Virus record (IMG/VR): IMGVR_UViG_3300024423_000001
Span: 1-63,851 of that record
Strand: one strand, 5' to 3'
Length of the DNA stretch: 63,851 nucleotides
DNA from: a virus
Taxonomy: Duplodnaviria > Caudoviricetes
Shown: positions 1-9,195 of the stretch, piece after piece
Numbering within the stretch: position 1 is the first letter of the stretch
Layout of the letters: each line of letters begins with the position of its first letter
Program-made: the position numbers and the translations under genes
Notes under the pieces: model-generated
The model's input: only the letters and a program-made list of their open reading frames with translations
The model's database searches: none
What the model was told of the DNA's origin: nothing

Positions 1-123
1 AGAAGCAATATCACATACCGTTTAGAGACGCCTACGGACGACGACAGGTCTGGGACATTGATACACCGCTTGAGGTCAAGTTGATTCTTGAGGCTATCCT
101 CCAGGACGTCAGTGATCACGAGT
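1..123. repeat. Terminal direct repeat (copy of 63729-63851); circular assembly overlap
   Basis: AGAAGCAATATCAC…GATCACGAGT is identical at both ends and an ORF reads through the junction. Confidence 0.95.
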
Positions 124-280
124 TAGCGGTCTGGATCTGCTGTCCGGTTGAGGTCACGAGGAAGGTTCGCAGGTTGGTAAAGATGGACCGTGATCGGGCA
201 GCGAAGGAGTTCGGGTTTGAGCCCTATTAAGGCTCAGAAAGTGGGTCAAAGAAGACATGGGTGGGCTGCAAAACACCGAT

Positions 281-627
281 CAAATTTGAGCGTAGACGCA
301 ATTTTTAGGGGAAAGGTTTATATATAGACCATGCAGCAAATATTATAATATTTAGGTGGTAGTTTGACCCCCAAAATTGGGTATGAAATTGCGACTACGG
401 GCAAATTTCAAAACTCATATATAAAGTTTACCCTTGTTAGAGCTAGGGCATGATCTGTATAGGAGATCGGTTAATAGCAAAATACTACTATTATCACTCA
501 GCTAACGGTGTCCTGTTGCATAGGTATTTGTCTGATACCATCAAATTCACGCAAAGACGCAATCTTTGGATAAGCTATGAATGAAGTATTAGGCAGTAAG
601 GAAAAATTGCAATCTCGGTCAAATTTG
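281..627. promoter_or_regulatory. AT-rich region with inverted AAATTGCG-N9-AAATT repeats; candidate origin or regulatory locus
   Basis: Inverted pairs at about 281/386 and 542/604; TTTATATATA at about 317. Confidence 0.45.
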
Positions 628-1065
628 AAGCCAATCCGCTGCACCTTGTGGGACGGCTCAGTCAGCAAAGAGGTCGAAGACTTCTCAGTCGTCTGGGGCG
701 TCGTGGAAGACGAGGAGACGGGCGAGCGAGTAGTCAAGTTCAATCTCAAGTTCGAAGACCGCGAGTTCGCTCTCTGGATCTCCGACCGTGTCTCTCTAAT
801 GACCATGCAGAAGATGCTTGAGGACGTGCTGGCAGGCTCGCAAGTTCAGCCAGAAGAGATAGTTGACGACGTAAATGCCGTTCTATCGGAGTTGAGGCAG
901 CGAGGTGTCCAGGGCTGGCAGTTCGAGTCCGCGGTCGGCAGTCTCTGTGAGAAATGGCAGCTAAGTCCAGAACAGACAAAGAAGATTATTGCACTATCGG
1001 TCGCGATTGCGAAGTTGGTGGAGGAGTGCCTCGCTACCAGGTCTGCTATCCCATATATTTTGTAA
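577..1065 (+). CDS. Hypothetical protein (start uncertain)
   Basis: 162-aa ORF on the late strand; no recognised motif. Confidence 0.6.
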   Translation: MNEVLGSKEKLQSRSNLKPIRCTLWDGSVSKEVEDFSVVWGVVEDEETGERVVKFNLKFEDREFALWISDRVSLMTMQKMLEDVLAGSQVQPEEIVDDVNAVLSELRQRGVQGWQFESAVGSLCEKWQLSPEQTKKIIALSVAIAKLVEECLATRSAIPYIL

Positions 1066-1074
1066 GCAATTGAG

Positions 1075-1194
1075 ATGTTATCGGGCAAAGATGCAGAATA
1101 CATGGATAAGCACCTCCAGAGCTTCGTCAGGTTCCTATGTGAATATTCAGTCTCAACGAGGGAAGAGTCATCCAAAGGATCAAAGTCAGAATAG
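1075..1194 (+). CDS. Small hypothetical protein (39 aa)
   Basis: MLSGKDAEYMDKHLQSFVRFLCEY…; fills the gap before the rSAM gene. Confidence 0.35.
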   Translation: MLSGKDAEYMDKHLQSFVRFLCEYSVSTREESSKGSKSE

Positions 1195-1314
1195 ATGATT
1201 TGCCATGAGGCACACATATTTCGAGTTAGACAAAATTTTAAGGTTCGTAAATAATAAAACCATTAGCCCTTCATAAAATTGCGATAGAACGCAAATCTGT
1301 GCATCTCATGCGAA

Positions 1315-2301
1315 ATGACCATAGGGTTCTTGAGGATAAACAACTCTTGCAATCTAAACTGTAAGTATTGTTACCTTCGAGACAATAAGCCTGCTGAACT
1401 CGATCTATCGATTCTGGATGACATCATAGAATTCTGCCATCGTGAACGTATTCAGACAATCGAGATCCCGCAACAAGAACCGTTACTGAATGAGAAACTA
1501 TTTCGTGAGATTGTCGAGAGACTCTTCGCAAATCACATCCGAGTCCGGGGTGTTACTACGAATCTCACCAACCTCGGCCAGAAGACGCTCGACCTACTCT
1601 GGAAATACGAGATTCACGTGCTGGTCTCTTATGACTCCCTGTGGCATGACCAGTTTCGTCGTACCAAAGCAAATGAACCAACCCGCTCGATAGTCGAAAG
1701 GAACATGGAGAAGCTGAAATCATCCGAGGTTCGGTTCTCGATTGCAATAACAGTTCCGAGTGCTGGGTGTCCACTCTTGCATGAAGCAGTAAGTCAAGCA
1801 ATAGGGTATTCCGATTCAGTAGCTTTGAACTTCGATGTTGTTTCCGACTATGGCCTCCGGGAATCAGACTTGCCTGTGTTAGAGGAGCAACTTCGTGAGG
1901 TTTATCGGGATTGTCCTTATATCTTTCCATTCTGGAAGATCCGAAATAGATTGATGTCAGGTTGGCGACTCGAGAACATTGCATGTGGCGCAGGTCGTGG
2001 TTCACTAACGATCAACTACAATGGAACTCTCTATCCATGTTATCACGTGACTGGCTGGCAGCGTATTGGAATCGCTCTTGGAAATATATGGAATGGTATT
2101 GATCACGCTCAGCAGCAGAGGTTTAGACAATATGGAGCTCCTGAGCAATCGTGCAGACGGTGCCCAACAGCTATTTGTGGCGTCTGCTATGTGAACTCTT
2201 ATCTCACTGTGGGTAACATGCTCAAACCGATACCAATCGAGTGTAAGTTGAAGAGGCTGCTAACAAAGGTCGTGAGAGATGGCATACATAGCAGCGCTTG
2301 A
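1315..2301 (+). CDS. Radical SAM/SPASM-domain protein (peptide/protein maturase-like)
   Basis: CNLNCKYC (CxxxCxxC); C-terminal CGAG…G.LYPC…CRRC…CGVC…C SPASM pattern. Confidence 0.9.
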   Translation: MTIGFLRINNSCNLNCKYCYLRDNKPAELDLSILDDIIEFCHRERIQTIEIPQQEPLLNEKLFREIVERLFANHIRVRGVTTNLTNLGQKTLDLLWKYEIHVLVSYDSLWHDQFRRTKANEPTRSIVERNMEKLKSSEVRFSIAITVPSAGCPLLHEAVSQAIGYSDSVALNFDVVSDYGLRESDLPVLEEQLREVYRDCPYIFPFWKIRNRLMSGWRLENIACGAGRGSLTINYNGTLYPCYHVTGWQRIGIALGNIWNGIDHAQQQRFRQYGAPEQSCRRCPTAICGVCYVNSYLTVGNMLKPIPIECKLKRLLTKVVRDGIHSSA

Positions 2302-2758
2302 TTTCGAGAAGTGGGAGAACCATAAGGCATACTATACAATCTGGGTTAAGGATTGCATACCAGAAGAGCATTACTACAATTGCGTATATTATAACGACCG
2401 TCCGAAGAATTCATGTGGCAAGATTCCTTCAGGAAATGAATATACTCAAGAATGCTACGTCAGCGGAGGAAGCATCGACTATGGTGGCAGAACATACACA
2501 GCCAAGCTATGGTTGGACCGTTGTGAAGAAGGCACTTACGAGGACTCTGAGTCGCTATTTATTCCTACTGATCCTGATCTTTGTGAGATTCAGTGCCAAA
2601 CAAGTTGTGAAATTGCCTGCCAAGGTAGCTGTGAAGCTGTTTGCCAATCTTACTGCGAATTAAACTGTCAGACACAGTGCGAACTCAGCTGCCAGACTGC
2701 ATGTCAAGTAACCTCTCAGTTCTGCGGTCGAGATTGTGGACGTGGTTGTGGAAGATGA
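2279..2758 (+). CDS. CxxxC-repeat Cys-rich protein, probable rSAM modification target
   Basis: 11 Cys spaced every 4 residues (CEIQCQTSCEIACQGS…) plus CGRDCGRGCGR; overlaps the rSAM gene. Confidence 0.8.
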   Translation: MAYIAALDFEKWENHKAYYTIWVKDCIPEEHYYNCVYYNDRPKNSCGKIPSGNEYTQECYVSGGSIDYGGRTYTAKLWLDRCEEGTYEDSESLFIPTDPDLCEIQCQTSCEIACQGSCEAVCQSYCELNCQTQCELSCQTACQVTSQFCGRDCGRGCGR

Positions 2759-3258
2759 TCAAACTCACAACGTCTGGAGGATTGAGCATTCGGAGTCAGA
2801 TTCAGCAAGACGTTTCGCGAATCCTGGAAGACCTTGCACGAGATTTTCTCAGGAAAGTTCAATCCAATGTCCTCAAACAACGAGCAGTGGATAGAGGTAT
2901 TCTTCTCAGGTCATTCAGAATACAGAGACCCGATCCTCTCACAAGAAGGGTGGTGAGCACAGCCAGACACGCATCGGCAGTCGAGTGGGGCAGACCTCCA
3001 GGTCGCCTTCCACCCGTCGGTGTGATAAGAGAGTGGGTGATCAGGAAGGGCATCATGAGAGGTGCAGAGCAGTTAAGTCTACGGGCACGTCGAAGAAAGC
3101 TACGAACTACACCGCTCGGCTGGCAAGTAGCGTGGTCGGTTGCAAAGAAGATTCAAAGACGGGGTATAGAAGAACGACCATTCTGGCGACCTGCTATTGT
3201 AGAAATCGAACGCAAGGCTAAACAGATACGATGGCGAGAGATTCTGCTCAGAAGATAG
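2755..3258 (+). CDS. HK97 gp10-like neck/tail-completion protein
   Basis: VDRGILLRS…HASAVEWG…ERPFWRPA pattern; ATGA overlap with upstream gene. Confidence 0.7.
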   Translation: MIKLTTSGGLSIRSQIQQDVSRILEDLARDFLRKVQSNVLKQRAVDRGILLRSFRIQRPDPLTRRVVSTARHASAVEWGRPPGRLPPVGVIREWVIRKGIMRGAEQLSLRARRRKLRTTPLGWQVAWSVAKKIQRRGIEERPFWRPAIVEIERKAKQIRWREILLRR

Positions 3259-3362
3259 TGGAAGACATAAACGTCGAGGAGTAACCTCATATCATTAGTA
3301 GGTTATCAACTTGGGATTCCAAGATGGCAAGTGGTCTATCCTGAGGTTGCAACCTCATATCA

Positions 3363-3716
3363 TCAGTCTTGTAGCGCCAAGATAACAATCCATGCAGATA
3401 TAGCACTCACAACGATTCCCAGCCCTAAGAAACTCCAGAAGACAAAGCTCGTTAGCCATGTCAGCGCAATGCCGGTCAGGGTTATGACCTTCGGCGTAAG
3501 CCACTTCATTAGCCAGAACTGAATTAACCAGCCTGTGAATGGAACTATACTTGCCAACAATAACAGCCAGTAGATGACACAGAGCAGGAGTATAGCTGCA
3601 ACTCCATGAGCACCTTCGTACTCGAAATACGCAAGTAGAGCGAACAGTGCAGTAAGCAGAATGCAAATGCGACCAGCGTTGAGTCCGACGTTGGATTCTT
3701 CCTTTAGTTGAGACAT
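3363..3716 (-). CDS. Membrane protein
   Basis: Several hydrophobic segments. Confidence 0.65.
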   Translation of the reverse strand: MSQLKEESNVGLNAGRICILLTALFALLAYFEYEGAHGVAAILLLCVIYWLLLLASIVPFTGWLIQFWLMKWLTPKVITLTGIALTWLTSFVFWSFLGLGIVVSAISAWIVILALQD

Positions 3717-4018
3717 TCCATCATCTCCTCGGGAGTTAGAGGTTTGACTTTAATTCCATGTTTAGATTCGTAGTCAGCCCAGTACTTCCTCGATGCTTGG
3801 TTGTAGATATTCCTATCAATGTGAATCTCTGTGACAGTGCGATCGCCTGTTTCATCCTCCACATAGTCAACATAGACATAACCGTGATTCGGATCGTAAG
3901 TACAGTAGTGGCCTGTCTCCGTTAGCTGGTCTTGAGCTGGCGAATCTACGCAACCGAGTGATAGGACTATCAATATGAAGGTCAGGATAGCGATCAGCAC
4001 CTTGCTTAAGACCCTCAA
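3704..4018 (-). CDS. Putative lipoprotein
   Basis: Signal peptide ending in the lipobox-like LSLGC. Confidence 0.65.
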   Translation of the reverse strand: MRVLSKVLIAILTFILIVLSLGCVDSPAQDQLTETGHYCTYDPNHGYVYVDYVEDETGDRTVTEIHIDRNIYNQASRKYWADYESKHGIKVKPLTPEEMMECLN

Positions 4019-4239
4019 TTTGATGAATCACCTCCTTCTGGTTCGATTATAACTACAAAATCGAATTTGCCCTCCAAGCATTCCTTTAGACGCCGAACAG
4101 TGCAGATACGCTCAGATAATTCTGCTGCTGGTACGTAATCTTCGTCTCGCATCATTTCATTCAGGACAAACTCTTTCCATCTCAGCCAGTCACTGAGATA
4201 GACAGCATTCCTTCCTTCGAGAACCAGAATTTCACCCAT
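4015..4239 (-). CDS. Paralog family A member
   Basis: MGEILVLE…LEGKFDFVVII. Confidence 0.75.
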   Translation of the reverse strand: MGEILVLEGRNAVYLSDWLRWKEFVLNEMMRDEDYVPAAELSERICTVRRLKECLEGKFDFVVIIEPEGGDSSN

Positions 4240-4486
4240 CGACAACTATCACAATATTGAACTTACCATTGAACGCTCGATTGATATAGCGAATCTCCCA
4301 TAATGTCTCGATAGTTTCATCTTCTATCTCTGACAATCTCTGATCATACTCTTCTGAATCCTTGAGACACTCTTTATAAGCCTCCTCCAGTTCCTCGAGA
4401 TACTCTTCCAAACTCTCTTTCTCTAAGGAAAGAGCAGAAAGACTCCATCTGTTGGAGTCCGGTTCCAGAATGTATACTTCACTCAT
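4232..4486 (-). CDS. Paralog family A member
   Basis: MSEVYILE…AFNGKFNIVIVVDG. Confidence 0.8.
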   Translation of the reverse strand: MSEVYILEPDSNRWSLSALSLEKESLEEYLEELEEAYKECLKDSEEYDQRLSEIEDETIETLWEIRYINRAFNGKFNIVIVVDG

Positions 4487-4721
4487 CATTGATAATGACA
4501 ATATCGAATCGTCCCTTAAGCGCTTGATCAATATATCGAATTTCCCAAACCGCCTCTTGGAATAGCTCTCGGATCGTCTTTGCTTCCAGTGACCGTGGAT
4601 CGCACTTTGGCAGTAACCGCTTAAACCTCTCAAGACGCTTGATAAGAATCCTCCGTTCACTTAGGAGGCTTGTAAGATCCCAGCTATTGCAGTGCCGTTG
4701 TAGGATATACACCTCACCCAT
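4479..4721 (-). CDS. Paralog family A member
   Basis: MGEVYILQ…ALKGRFDIVIINDE. Confidence 0.8.
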   Translation of the reverse strand: MGEVYILQRHCNSWDLTSLLSERRILIKRLERFKRLLPKCDPRSLEAKTIRELFQEAVWEIRYIDQALKGRFDIVIINDE

Positions 4722-4953
4722 CGGCAATGATGACTATGTCAAACTTACCGTCGAGTGCCTGATCTATAAATCGAATGTCGCGGCGGACCTCGTAAAGATT
4801 CTTCATCAGCGTCTCTTGGTATTCAGGTTCAGAACCTATCTCCAACCGAGTCTCTAAGTCCTCAAGTTCGAGGAGGAGAGCCTGCTTCACAAGTGTGAGA
4901 GAGCTGGACTGCCACACATCGCCAATTCGCTCGATAATGATGACGTCACTCAT
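4714..4953 (-). CDS. Paralog family A member
   Basis: MSDVIIIE…ALDGKFDIVIIADG. Confidence 0.8.
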   Translation of the reverse strand: MSDVIIIERIGDVWQSSSLTLVKQALLLELEDLETRLEIGSEPEYQETLMKNLYEVRRDIRFIDQALDGKFDIVIIADG

Positions 4954-5176
4954 GCACCACGATGATATTGAACTTGCCTGCAAGCGCTGACTCAATGTCA
5001 CGTAAAGATCTGTATGTCTCGTAAAGATCATCGAGAACTCGATGTTCCATCGAAGGTGATAGATCTCCCTCCAATACGGCTTCCAGATGACTGAGTTTGC
5101 GAATTTGCCAGTCGCGTGTCTTTGTAAGTCTCTCTAACGCGCCTCCCAACTGATGCACGATAACAACTTCAGGCAT
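4946..5176 (-). CDS. Paralog family A member
   Basis: MPEVVIVH…ALAGKFNIIVVHE. Confidence 0.8.
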   Translation of the reverse strand: MPEVVIVHQLGGALERLTKTRDWQIRKLSHLEAVLEGDLSPSMEHRVLDDLYETYRSLRDIESALAGKFNIIVVHE

Positions 5177-5381
5177 CGATGCGCGATTCATCATCAGACT
5201 GCTTCTTTCTGTGGTATATCTCTTTGTTGATCTTTGCTATAATATCTTTCGTTTCTGCTATCCTGTCTAATAAACGATTTTCCCTCCTCTGTTGTATGCT
5301 TCTGTAATGGCTAAGGTACCAAATCGTCCTCTTCCGTTTCATCTTCCTACTCTTCTCAAGAATACGGTCTACATCCATCAC
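5169..5381 (-). CDS. Basic hypothetical protein inserted in the paralog array
   Basis: Coupled ORF lacking family A end motifs. Confidence 0.6.
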   Translation of the reverse strand: MMDVDRILEKSRKMKRKRTIWYLSHYRSIQQRRENRLLDRIAETKDIIAKINKEIYHRKKQSDDESRIDA

Positions 5382-5623
5382 ACGTCCACCACGACAAGAT
5401 TTAGAGAACCTGACAGCAGTTGCTCAAGATGGCGCAAGGCCAGCCGTAGAACGTAGATCCGATCGAGAAGCTCCTCTTCTCTCTCCGTAAATGGAGAATG
5501 TGCTCGGTTCGAGAAATACTCCTCGAGCGCTCGGAGCTCAAACTGATGCGTTCCTACTGCGCGTGATAGTACTCGTACCTGGATTGCTCTCCCATTCCGC
5601 TTGTAAACCACAACTTCAGGCAT
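5378..5623 (-). CDS. Paralog family A member
   Basis: MPEVVVYK…LLSGSLNLVVVDV. Confidence 0.75.
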   Translation of the reverse strand: MPEVVVYKRNGRAIQVRVLSRAVGTHQFELRALEEYFSNRAHSPFTEREEELLDRIYVLRLALRHLEQLLSGSLNLVVVDV

Positions 5624-5858
5624 CCGCAATTATCACGATATCAAACCGTCCGCTTAAAGCTCTCTTGACTTCCGAGAGTGGCCAGTAGTTCCAAGCTAAC
5701 TGATCAAGAAGGCATTTCTCTACGCCCGAATCCAACTCAGGCTTGTTCAAAGAATCTTCCAACAGGTTAAGTCTCCGAAGCAACTCATTACGTCTACGAG
5801 AGAGGACTGTGCGTTTCCGTTGTCGTTCTTCGCATTCGTATATCACAACTTCCGCCAT
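5616..5858 (-). CDS. Paralog family A member
   Basis: MAEVVIYE…ALSGRFDIVIIADA. Confidence 0.8.
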   Translation of the reverse strand: MAEVVIYECEERQRKRTVLSRRRNELLRRLNLLEDSLNKPELDSGVEKCLLDQLAWNYWPLSEVKRALSGRFDIVIIADA

Positions 5859-6258
5859 AATTAAGTATTCGATTCGCCAGTTCGTCTGCTCTACGAAGAT
5901 AGACTTCGTCTCGTGGTATCTTTCTCAGTATAGGCCAGTGGCTGAACATCGAGAGTAAGATCTGGATTGTAGAGTTGAGTTTCTCGAGTTCTGAGTTTCG
6001 AATCTGCCAACGGCCGAGTAGCTGGTTAACCACGAGAGCGCTATCAGAACAGACAACTATTTGATCATCACTACTCGCCTTTACGATTTCTAGCGCTCGC
6101 TGGACTGCTTTGTATTCCGCAACGTTATTAGTGGTTTGACCAAGATACTCCGAGTGCTCCAATACAACTCGACCTTCTTTGAGCACTACTATTCCAACTG
6201 CTGCCTCTCCAGGATTACCTCGACTCGCTCCATCCACATAGATCTTGATTTCAGCCAT
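5794..6258 (-). CDS. rnhA: Ribonuclease HI
   Basis: YVDGASRGNPG, TNNVAEY, SDSALVVNQ, ADELAN motifs. Confidence 0.92.
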   Translation of the reverse strand: MAEIKIYVDGASRGNPGEAAVGIVVLKEGRVVLEHSEYLGQTTNNVAEYKAVQRALEIVKASSDDQIVVCSDSALVVNQLLGRWQIRNSELEKLNSTIQILLSMFSHWPILRKIPRDEVYLRRADELANRILNYGGSCDIRMRRTTTETHSPLS

Positions 6259-6487
6259 AGGCTACATCCTCCCGCTTGCCCCGTTGAATTGCCTCCTTCA
6301 ACGACTTGAACTCACGTATCACACCGTCAGCCTCAAAGTATCTGATAATATTTCCGAACTGTTCTGCCTGGCCCTTGACACGTTCCGCACCTGCAAGAAC
6401 GAAGTCCACATAGTCTTCGACATCCTTGATCGTTCTGACTTCCTTCAGAACTTCCTCCAATCTTTTCTCATCCTGCTCTTCGGTCAT
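6251..6487 (-). CDS. Hypothetical protein
   Basis: ATG overlaps the nrdD stop (MTEEQDEK…). Confidence 0.6.
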   Translation of the reverse strand: MTEEQDEKRLEEVLKEVRTIKDVEDYVDFVLAGAERVKGQAEQFGNIIRYFEADGVIREFKSLKEAIQRGKREDVAYG

Positions 6488-8253
6488 GCACCTATTCGAT
6501 ACGGAGTCCGATCTCTCCACTCCGATTGCTTTCCTTCGTTCCATGCCCTCACGTTCGATAGATAACCTACGACTCGTGAGAAGACATCCGCTGGACCACC
6601 ACATTCAGGGCATCGCCAATGCTCACCTGAGAAAGTCTGATGGCACTTTGAGCACACACTAAACGTTGGTGTGATTGTGAAGTATGGTAGGCAGGTTCGA
6701 TTCACCAGTCTTTCAGCTAAGAATGGAATTACTCTCGCATCGGGACGCTCGGGTAAGAATACATGGAACACAGTTCCACCAGTATACAACCGCTGAAGTT
6801 GCTCTTGATGCCTCACTGCTTTACCTAAGTTCTGGGTGTATCCGACCGGGAGCATCGTCGAGTTAGTGTAGTAGGGCGCCTTCCGATTGCCTGAAACGTA
6901 ACAGCCTGGTAGGGACTTGACGTCGATCTTTGCAAGTCTATGCGAACACCCCTCGGCAGGTGTTGCTTCAAGGTTCCACAGGTCGCCAGTCTCTTCCTGA
7001 TATTCAACCAGTCTCTCTCTCATCACGATCAGGACTCTCTTCATCAGGTTCAGACCTTCAGGATCGGCAATCGAGCAACCTAAGAAATTCTGACATGCCT
7101 CTTCGCCACCTACGAGCCCGATGGTCGAGAAGTGATGATCGAATCCTGGCAGAAAGTTTCGCGAATATGGCATGAGGCCTTCATTGAAGCTCCTGTTACA
7201 AATCGCTCGTTTGATGACCAATGACTGCTTTGCCAGATCCATGTAATGTACGACGTTCTCGAAGAACTCTGATTCGTCTTTGGAGAGGTAAGCGAGTCTG
7301 GCAAGGTTCAGAGTAACGACTCCGATACTGCCCGTAGTATCGCCGAAGCCGAACAAGCCACCTGTCTTTCTTTTAAGTTGGGTTAGATCCAAACTCAAGT
7401 GACAGCACATTGAACGGACATCGTGACGTTTCAGGCCGGTGTTCTCTGAACAGTTTTGGAAGTATGGGATCCCGAACTTTGCGGTTACCTGTGCTAATTT
7501 TCTACCTACTTCAGTATCCCAACTGAAAGCGTCATCCATGAGATAAGTTGGTATTGGAAACCTGAACACTCCGCCGTTCGCATCTCCTTCTTCCAGTACG
7601 TCCAAGAATGCCAGATTAAACATCTCGATCTCTTGCTCAAAATCACCGTATACCTTATCCTGTAACTGACCACCCACGATAACGGCTTGGTCCTTGAGGT
7701 CATCAGGAGGAACGAGGTCGAGTGTAAAGTTCAAGAACGGGCTTTCCAAGCCCCACCTGGTCGGTTCATTCACCCCATACACGAACTCCTGGATCGTTTG
7801 TTTGACTTGGTTGAAAGTCAGCCCATCGTAATAAATGAAGGGAGCCAACAGCACGTCGACTGAATTCCAGGCCATAGCACCCGCCCACTCCTGTTGCAAG
7901 ACTCCAACAGCATTCATCAGTTGACCTAATGCAGATGAGAAGTGTCTTGGTGGACGACTCCGAACTACACCGGGCGGACCGCTGAAACCGCGAGACAGTA
8001 GATCTTGTAAACTCCAACCACTGCAATAGCCGACTATACCCGCTCCTAGGTCATGAATATGAAAGAACCCCTCCGTATGCGCCTTCGCTATCTCCGGAGG
8101 ATAGACATGTTTCAATACATATCGAGCTATCTCAGACTCCGCAAGATATGCCTTCAAACCTCCAACTGACCTTATACGGTTGGCATTCTCGTTTGCACCA
8201 TCAACACGACTTCGCCAAGTTCGACCCTTGATATATGTCTCCACTCTACTCAT
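6484..8253 (-). CDS. nrdD: Anaerobic (class III) ribonucleoside-triphosphate reductase
   Basis: HIHDL, RSMCC, TPAEG, YYTNS, YTGGT, CxxC…CxxC and the glycyl-radical motif RVVGYL. Confidence 0.93.
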   Translation of the reverse strand: MSRVETYIKGRTWRSRVDGANENANRIRSVGGLKAYLAESEIARYVLKHVYPPEIAKAHTEGFFHIHDLGAGIVGYCSGWSLQDLLSRGFSGPPGVVRSRPPRHFSSALGQLMNAVGVLQQEWAGAMAWNSVDVLLAPFIYYDGLTFNQVKQTIQEFVYGVNEPTRWGLESPFLNFTLDLVPPDDLKDQAVIVGGQLQDKVYGDFEQEIEMFNLAFLDVLEEGDANGGVFRFPIPTYLMDDAFSWDTEVGRKLAQVTAKFGIPYFQNCSENTGLKRHDVRSMCCHLSLDLTQLKRKTGGLFGFGDTTGSIGVVTLNLARLAYLSKDESEFFENVVHYMDLAKQSLVIKRAICNRSFNEGLMPYSRNFLPGFDHHFSTIGLVGGEEACQNFLGCSIADPEGLNLMKRVLIVMRERLVEYQEETGDLWNLEATPAEGCSHRLAKIDVKSLPGCYVSGNRKAPYYTNSTMLPVGYTQNLGKAVRHQEQLQRLYTGGTVFHVFLPERPDARVIPFLAERLVNRTCLPYFTITPTFSVCSKCHQTFSGEHWRCPECGGPADVFSRVVGYLSNVRAWNEGKQSEWRDRTPYRIGA

Positions 8254-8491
8254 TGTCTTGACTTTCTTCTTTCTCCTTTAAATCTAACTTATAATTACCG
8301 TCAGAACGAGGAAACAGCCGAATCCAGGATTTGTCATAGTTTGAGTATCGCTCTATGTGTCTGTCGTCCGCAAGTTCAACATTCGGTGCATTCGGATCCA
8401 ATCCGTATAATTTAGCAACCTGAGAAGCGGCTAGATATCGAATTTTTCTATCTCGGTCGAGGGTATGGCCTCCGAACACTAAGAACTTCAT
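8246..8491 (-). CDS. Hypothetical protein
   Basis: Coupled ORF. Confidence 0.6.
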   Translation of the reverse strand: MKFLVFGGHTLDRDRKIRYLAASQVAKLYGLDPNAPNVELADDRHIERYSNYDKSWIRLFPRSDGNYKLDLKEKEESQDNE

Positions 8492-8763
8492 CTTCGCTCA
8501 CCTTCATCCAAAACAGTCTTCCAATCCCTCCTCTTGATCGCTTCCATTAAGGTAGGCAGTTGTCTCCACTTCAAACTCAACAATATGCCAAGCACGATCA
8601 GCCCCAGCCCGTACCACTCGTGACCAATGACTTCGATATCAAAGCCACCGAATCGTATGTAATGCTCCATCATGAGGAAGAATCCGCTGCTTAGAAGAAC
8701 ACCACTCACGAGCCAACGATAGTACCGAAGGCACGACCTCGAAAAATCACTCTTGCCTGTCAT
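8488..8763 (-). CDS. Membrane protein (2 TM)
   Basis: ATG 8763 (MTGKSDFS), two hydrophobic segments. Confidence 0.6.
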   Translation of the reverse strand: MTGKSDFSRSCLRYYRWLVSGVLLSSGFFLMMEHYIRFGGFDIEVIGHEWYGLGLIVLGILLSLKWRQLPTLMEAIKRRDWKTVLDEGERR

Positions 8764-9164
8764 CCATCTCTCATTACATTGGAGAATGCAAAGTTCAAGA
8801 GCCATTTGTTGTATTGTTTTGTTTCCAAGCTTTCTTATTCTTCCCAATCCCATAACTGAACCTATCTATGAACTCGAAGACGTCTCCAACTCTGTTATTC
8901 CAATCATCATTCCAGTCTCTTACTAACAACATTGGATCGTCCTTGTATTTCAGATAGAACTCACAGACTGATTTAATCTGTTCTTTGATTTCATCTTTAA
9001 ATTCGCCCAGAAGAGAAAATGCAGTCCAGTGCTTCCTCTTCGGTATCAAATTCTTTCTCATCTGATATGAGTGCTCGGAGAATCATCTCGAAACATGACT
9101 GTGCTAGCTCATTATCTGGTATCTTCACTTCATTATCCAAGTCCAGTGGTTCCGGTTCACTCAT
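8760..9164 (-). pseudogene. Hypothetical gene apparently disrupted by two frameshifts
   Basis: MSEPEPLDL…CIFS / LLGEFKDEIK…AWKQ / YNKWLLNFAF can be joined across frames at a CT run (~9010) and an AACAA duplication (~8815). Confidence 0.5.
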
Positions 9165-9195
9165 TTTTTTTCTTCTCACTCCTATGAGTAAAAAA

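Noticed and set aside
1-123. Terminal repeat as true physical genome termini
   Set aside because: It falls inside an ORF and is more simply an assembly overlap of a circular or permuted genome.
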